From an uncultured Acidobacteriaceae bacterium (GTDB taxonomy: Bacteria; Acidobacteriota; Terriglobia; Terriglobales; Acidobacteriaceae), in NCBI GenBank assembly GCA_963816575.1, contig CAWFLH010000008.1, positions 91,089-131,088 of the forward strand: DNA of 40,000 nucleotides, given 5' to 3'. Each line of letters opens with the position of its first letter. Within the stretch, counting starts at the first letter, position 1. A program made the position numbers and the translations under genes. A model generated the notes under the pieces. It was given only the letters and a program-made list of their open reading frames with translations, had not been told where the DNA came from and ran no database searches. This document shows positions 36,385 to 40,000 of this stretch, one piece after another.

Positions 36385-36499
36385 AGCAAGCTATCGGATC
36401 AATCTATGCAAGCCCATCGCTAAGGCAGCGACAACGAGCGCCACGGCTGCCAGGACGAACCGCGTCGGACCGACCAGCGCGGTGCGGCTTGCGAAAGAC

Positions 36500-37979
36500 T
36501 CAGAGGACTCGGAAGGGGACGTTGCTCGACAGCGTTCCGCCGGGTGTAACTACCCGCACCGTGCCCGTGGTGGCATTACCGGGGACAGTGGCCTGAATCT
36601 CAGTCGGCGACACGACAGTGAACACTGCGGTCTTGCCATTGAAGGTGACGCTGGTCGCGCCCGTCAGATTCGTCCCCAGGATTAGCACTTGGGTATGCGT
36701 GTAAGCGCCAGCAGGTACGGTCTTCACGAAAGGAGCAAGCCCCATCGACAACTGGAACACAGTGCCGTAGAGGTGCTGTCCGACGAAGCCGTTGGTCGTC
36801 CCGTAAATATTTCCATCGGTTCCCTGTACCAAAGCGGCGGCAGGGTTCATCCCGTCCGTCTTGTCGAAGCTATGCAGTGTGGTGAGCGTGCCATCGGGCG
36901 TTACCTGAAAGATGCTGCCGCAATTGTTGCCACTGCAGGCGCCTTTGTAACCGATCCCTGAGGTCGTCCCGTAAAAATTTCCGTCGGTAGCCTGGATCAG
37001 CGCGGTGAGGGGATTTCCACCGTCTGTGCCATCAAAGGTGTGAAGAGTGGTCAGCGCACCCGCAGGCGTCATTTTGAAGATCGTGCCGCAATAATATGGC
37101 GATGTATACAGGGCCGGGCAGGCCAAGTCCCTCCATTCTCGGTCGTTCCGTAGAAGTTCCCGTCGGTGCCCAAGGTCAGTCCGCCCATGGGGTCAGTACC
37201 ATCCGTGAGTAAATTGAATTGGTGGAGAATGTTTAGAGCGCCTTCGGTACCGATTTTGAAGACAACCCCAGCATATGCTGGGCCGCCACCACTAGTTGTT
37301 GTACCGTAGAGGACTCCGTTGTTGGCCTGCACCAGCTGAGCCGCAGGGAAAATTCCATCGGCGCATTTTGCTAAATTGCAAAAGTTGTATAAGACAGTCA
37401 GAGTGCCGCTTGGGCTGATTTTGAATACCGTGCCGCAGCCAGGGTAGTCCTCACACTTCTTCGTGGGCGAGCCGCCGTAGGGCGCTGTCCCATAAAAATT
37501 TCCGTCAATCGTGTCTTGCATTAGGGGCGGGAAAATAGGCATAGAAGTGCCGCTGCCGCCCAGGCCGGAGGAGTTGCTGTAGAGGGTTGAGAACGCGCCT
37601 TCGGGAGTAATCGCGTAGACCGTGGTATGCGGAGACTCGTAGCCCATCGTCACGCCGTAAAGGTTCCCGTTTGCAGCGAGTATTAGTCCGGCCTGTGGCC
37701 ACGATCCGTCAGTGCCCACAAACTCATGCACGGTTGTGAACGTGCCTGCCGGAGTGATCTTGAAAACCGTCCCGCAGCCGTTGTAACAGATTCTCTGCCG
37801 CCCTCCCATGTCGTGCCGTAGAAGTTGCCATCGAGTCCCTGGACAAGAGCCCCGTAGGGAAAGCTGCCGTCGCTGTTTTCAAAAGTGTGCAGAGTAGTGA
37901 AGGTTTGCGCCTGCGAGGCAATCCCTGTCGCCCACCACAGCGCGAATATCAACCATGCCGTCTTCCATCTGCAAGCCAT
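36500..37979 (-). pseudogene. GloVer tandem-repeat / IPT-TIG exoprotein, paralog B, disrupted by at least two frameshifts
   Basis: Three overlapping track ORFs in three frames (37683..38138, 37069..37809, 36500..37126) together encode one GloVer protein. It has a signal peptide ([26 protein letters not shown], from ATG 37979). The frame changes at about 37,790-37,810 (...[11 protein letters not shown] | ...[15 protein letters not shown]) and at about 37,100-37,130 (...GNFYGTTENGG | ...LACPALYTSPYYCGTIFKMTPAG). The C-terminus is closely similar to paralog A. Confidence 0.75.
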
Positions 37980-38306
37980 AAAAACATTCCTCTCACGATT
38001 CGAAAAACATAGCCCTACGCTATATAGCATAGGCGCGAGGGAACGTGGCGTCAACGGGAAGGATTTTGCATCATCAATACGCAGCAATGGGCATTGCGAG
38101 AGCGAAAATTTAACGCTCATACCGGAACGTCTGCACAAGTCCTAAGTTAGGTCAATTTTCGCTCCATATCTTCATCTTCGTTCAGTGTTGCCGGGGCATT
38201 ACAAAATTAAGAACACAACCAATTTATTACAAATCACTCCTCGTAACTATGGTAGTGTGATTCGAACCTTCGACTGTAACTGTGGACGAAGAGGGAGGTG
38301 CTATAT

Positions 38307-40000
38307 ATGGGACCTCAGGTACATGAGACTCTTGCTGCGCGATGGGATTCAAACTATAAATCACAATATAAGATCAAGAGGTTTTTTGTCTTCTTGTTTA
38401 GCCTAGCCGTTTTTTGTATTCTCACTAACGCATTAGCCCAAACAGCTGGGGTCTGGGGATAAGTGGTCCCCGGCCCTGGATTGACGTTACCGGCCCGAAT
38501 TGTGGCTCCTCGGCTGGGTTCTGTGGCGCAGATCCCTGCAGGTGTGAATCCTTCTGCGACTGCAATCTCAAATCTTTTGGGCCTGGCATGTGCAAGTTTA
38601 AGAGTTGGCTCTTTTTGCCTCCTGGGACCTGTACAGGCCGGATCTGGTAGGTACCCACGGGGTACCTGCACCCTTTTGCAGGTCTCGTTGCTTGCGGCGG
38701 AGTACACATCGTCAAGAGCGTCGGCACTACAAGCTCATTCCCCAGCAACAATGGGTCGTTTGTCATTACCAGTTCGCAATTCACATTGAAAAATATCGAG
38801 TATGACGGAAACAACGGCAGCTTCAGCGGCCCATGCATCACAGTGACCAGCCCGAGCGCTACGCCGCCCCAGATTTCCGACATCGTGATTGAGGATAATT
38901 ACATTCACAACTGCGACGGGCAATCAATTACGCTGACCTCCGGGCTTAGCTACACTTACTCCGGCCCGCTGCGCACGCATATCCGACGCAACCGCATTGT
39001 TGGCGGCGCTAGCGAACAGCCGATTCTGATCCAAGGCTCCGTCAACGATATCGACATCATCGACAACTTTATTGACGGAACCAACTGCACCAGCTGCGGC
39101 AGCACACTCGGGACGATCAATGCAGAAGCGCAGGGTGTGGGTGCGATTTCCTGTCCCGCGAACGGCCTCAGCACCGGCGCGTGCATCACGAACCTACGGA
39201 TCAAGCACAACAAGATCTACTGCACAACGGCATGGTGTATTCAAGCAGGCAGCTTCGGCGGCAACCAGATGACCGGTCTGCAGATCGAAGACAACGATCT
39301 GGAACTGTTTCAATCGACGACGCAGGGATTCGTATCCGTCGTAGCCGCGGGCGCCCAGATAACCGGTAATACGATGAACAATCACTACACCGATCTCGGC
39401 TACAACCACACGTTCTTCGCAATCGAAAATGCCGAGTCGACCGGAACGGTGATTACAAATAACATCTGCTACTGCGAAAACTCAGGTGCGGGGGGATTCC
39501 TAACGATAGACGGCGGCAAAGATGTGATCGCAACCGGAAACCACGTCTACGGCTTCGGTGAAGCTTCGGGCATCGGGATTACGATGGACAACAGCACTTT
39601 GGTGCCCGCAACGATCGCGACGATCGCGGAGACAGGCTATGTCGTCACGGTCACCATGTCGGGAACCTTCCCCACTCAGATACAGCCAGGGGTCGCGGTT
39701 GCTATTTGCACGAACGCCACAATCACCGCAATGGCCTGTCAGTCATCCGCCGGTACCGCCTACGGTCCGACAACCGTCATCAACCAGAATTACTCCCAAA
39801 GCTCAAAGACGTTTTCTTATCTCAGTCCTACTACTGGACTTTCTTGCTCGTCTTTGTGCGGCGGCGTTGCTCTCGCTACAGTGTACAACCGAGTGAGCCA
39901 GAACACGATTCAGATGCCGCTCGGAAATGCGCTCACGGCGTCGATCTACGCATTGCAGTACCGAAACGTCACAGACGCCAGCTACATCTACGGCAACACC
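38307..40000 (+). pseudogene. Right-handed beta-helix repeat exoprotein, apparently disrupted (frameshift plus in-frame TAG), 3' partial at the window end
   Basis: This ORF is absent from the ORF track because it has no stop in the window. ATG 38307 (AGGGAGGTG upstream) opens a 51-aa frame with a signal peptide (KRFFVFLFSLAVFCILTNALAQTAG) and ends at TAA 38460-38462. The body continues in another frame from 38429 (..PWIDVTGP...LFLPPGTC..), hits TAG at 38648-38650, and is then open from 38651 to 40000. It has beta-helix turns (IVIEDNYIHNCDG, IRRNRIVGG, DIIDNFIDG, LRIKHNKIYC, LQIEDNDLE, VITNNICYCEN). Confidence 0.5.

Larger units (their letters stand above)
27612..36425. mobile_element. Casposon-like island (solo Cas1 + family B DNA polymerase + HNH-like + HTH + cargo); boundaries approximate
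   Basis: G+C is visibly lower than the flanks. The left edge is placed where upstream-region homology between GloVer paralogs A and B ends (...GGATTTTGC, 27604-27611). The right edge lies between the polB stop (36367) and the 3' flank of paralog B (stop at 36500). The gene content matches casposons. No convincing TIRs were found by eye. Confidence 0.6.

Noticed and set aside
30182-36393. Candidate terminal inverted repeats: TAGCTTGTCGATTCGTTCAGTGAGAAATGGTTAAT (30182-30216) versus the reverse complement of ATCACCATTTACGACTGAGCAAGCTA (36368-36393)
   Set aside because: Only about 20 of 26 positions match and a 9-nt gap is needed. No flanking target-site duplication is visible. By my estimate the score is within what chance could give in the searched space. 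I kept it as a note, not a call.
27612-36425. A prophage interpretation, from the fibre-like 590-aa protein plus PolB and HNH
   Set aside because: There are no capsid, portal, terminase, tail or lysis genes. The island is only about 8.8 kb and encodes Cas1.
27868-36436. An inverted match of CTTGTCGCTG...GCTGCCCTTAACGC (27868-27900) to the reverse complement of TCGCTAAGGCAGCGACAACG (36415-36434)
   Set aside because: It rests on a 9-mer plus a gapped extension. The expected chance occurrence of a 9-mer in this search space is not negligible. The right copy may lie in sequence homologous to the 3' flank of paralog A, and there is no TSD.
38250-38275. A tRNA-like T-loop (minus-strand GGTTCGAATC), which could have marked a tRNA integration target
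   Set aside because: The 3' half of the T-stem does not pair (GAAGG versus CACAC). No acceptor or anticodon arms can be drawn. I found no tRNA gene anywhere in the window.
38429-38462. Programmed -1 ribosomal frameshift joining the signal peptide to the beta-helix body
   Set aside because: There is no X_XXY_YYZ slippery heptamer in the zero frame (gcc caa aca gct ggg gtc tgg gga taa). An additional in-frame TAG lies downstream. Decay or sequence error is the simpler explanation.
1-40000. A CRISPR array or additional cas genes to go with the Cas1 homolog
   Set aside because: I scanned both flanks of cas1 and all intergenic regions. There are no regularly spaced 25-40-bp direct repeats, and no ORF resembles Cas2, Cas4 or an effector. 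The Cas1 is therefore treated as solo.

Overview
This is 40 kb of a high-G+C bacterial chromosome. G+C was judged by eye, not computed. The gene content looks acidobacterial, which is an inference and was not searched: a CarboxypepD/TonB-type outer-membrane receptor, a TPR Ser/Thr kinase starting [26 protein letters not shown], MacB/FtsX-type permease pairs, an ECF sigma/anti-sigma pair, and GloVer-repeat exoproteins. Positions 1 to about 27,600 are ordinary chromosome. They hold the OM receptor (5' partial), a histidine-phosphatase/sulfotransferase/methyltransferase cassette, the Ser/Thr kinase, a response-regulator-flavoprotein fusion with a cNMP-binding histidine kinase, a CheY-like regulator, a secreted beta-helix protein, a parvulin PPIase, the ECF sigma/anti-sigma pair, a Tat-signal SelA-like PLP enzyme, two MacB-like permeases and two intact GloVer/IPT-TIG exoproteins. 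The standout is a visibly lower-G+C island of about 8.8 kb (roughly 27.6-36.4 kb) between two tandem GloVer paralogs. It carries a solo Cas1 homolog (30236-31777, minus strand). That gene faces, divergently, a translationally coupled operon of HTH, a 175-aa unknown, an HNH-like protein and a 1022-aa family B DNA polymerase (32215-36367, plus strand). It also carries a secreted 590-aa cargo protein. There is no cas2, no other cas gene and no CRISPR array anywhere in the window. Cas1 + PolB + HNH + HTH is the defining gene set of a casposon, a self-synthesizing transposon that uses Cas1 as its integrase. I could not establish convincing terminal inverted repeats by eye. A degenerate direct-repeat motif occurs three times, at about 27.62, 29.93 and 36.37 kb. 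The genes to the right of the island are decayed: the GloVer paralog carries two frameshifts, and a beta-helix gene has its signal peptide out of frame plus an in-frame TAG. All family assignments come from motif recognition in the supplied translations. No database search was run.
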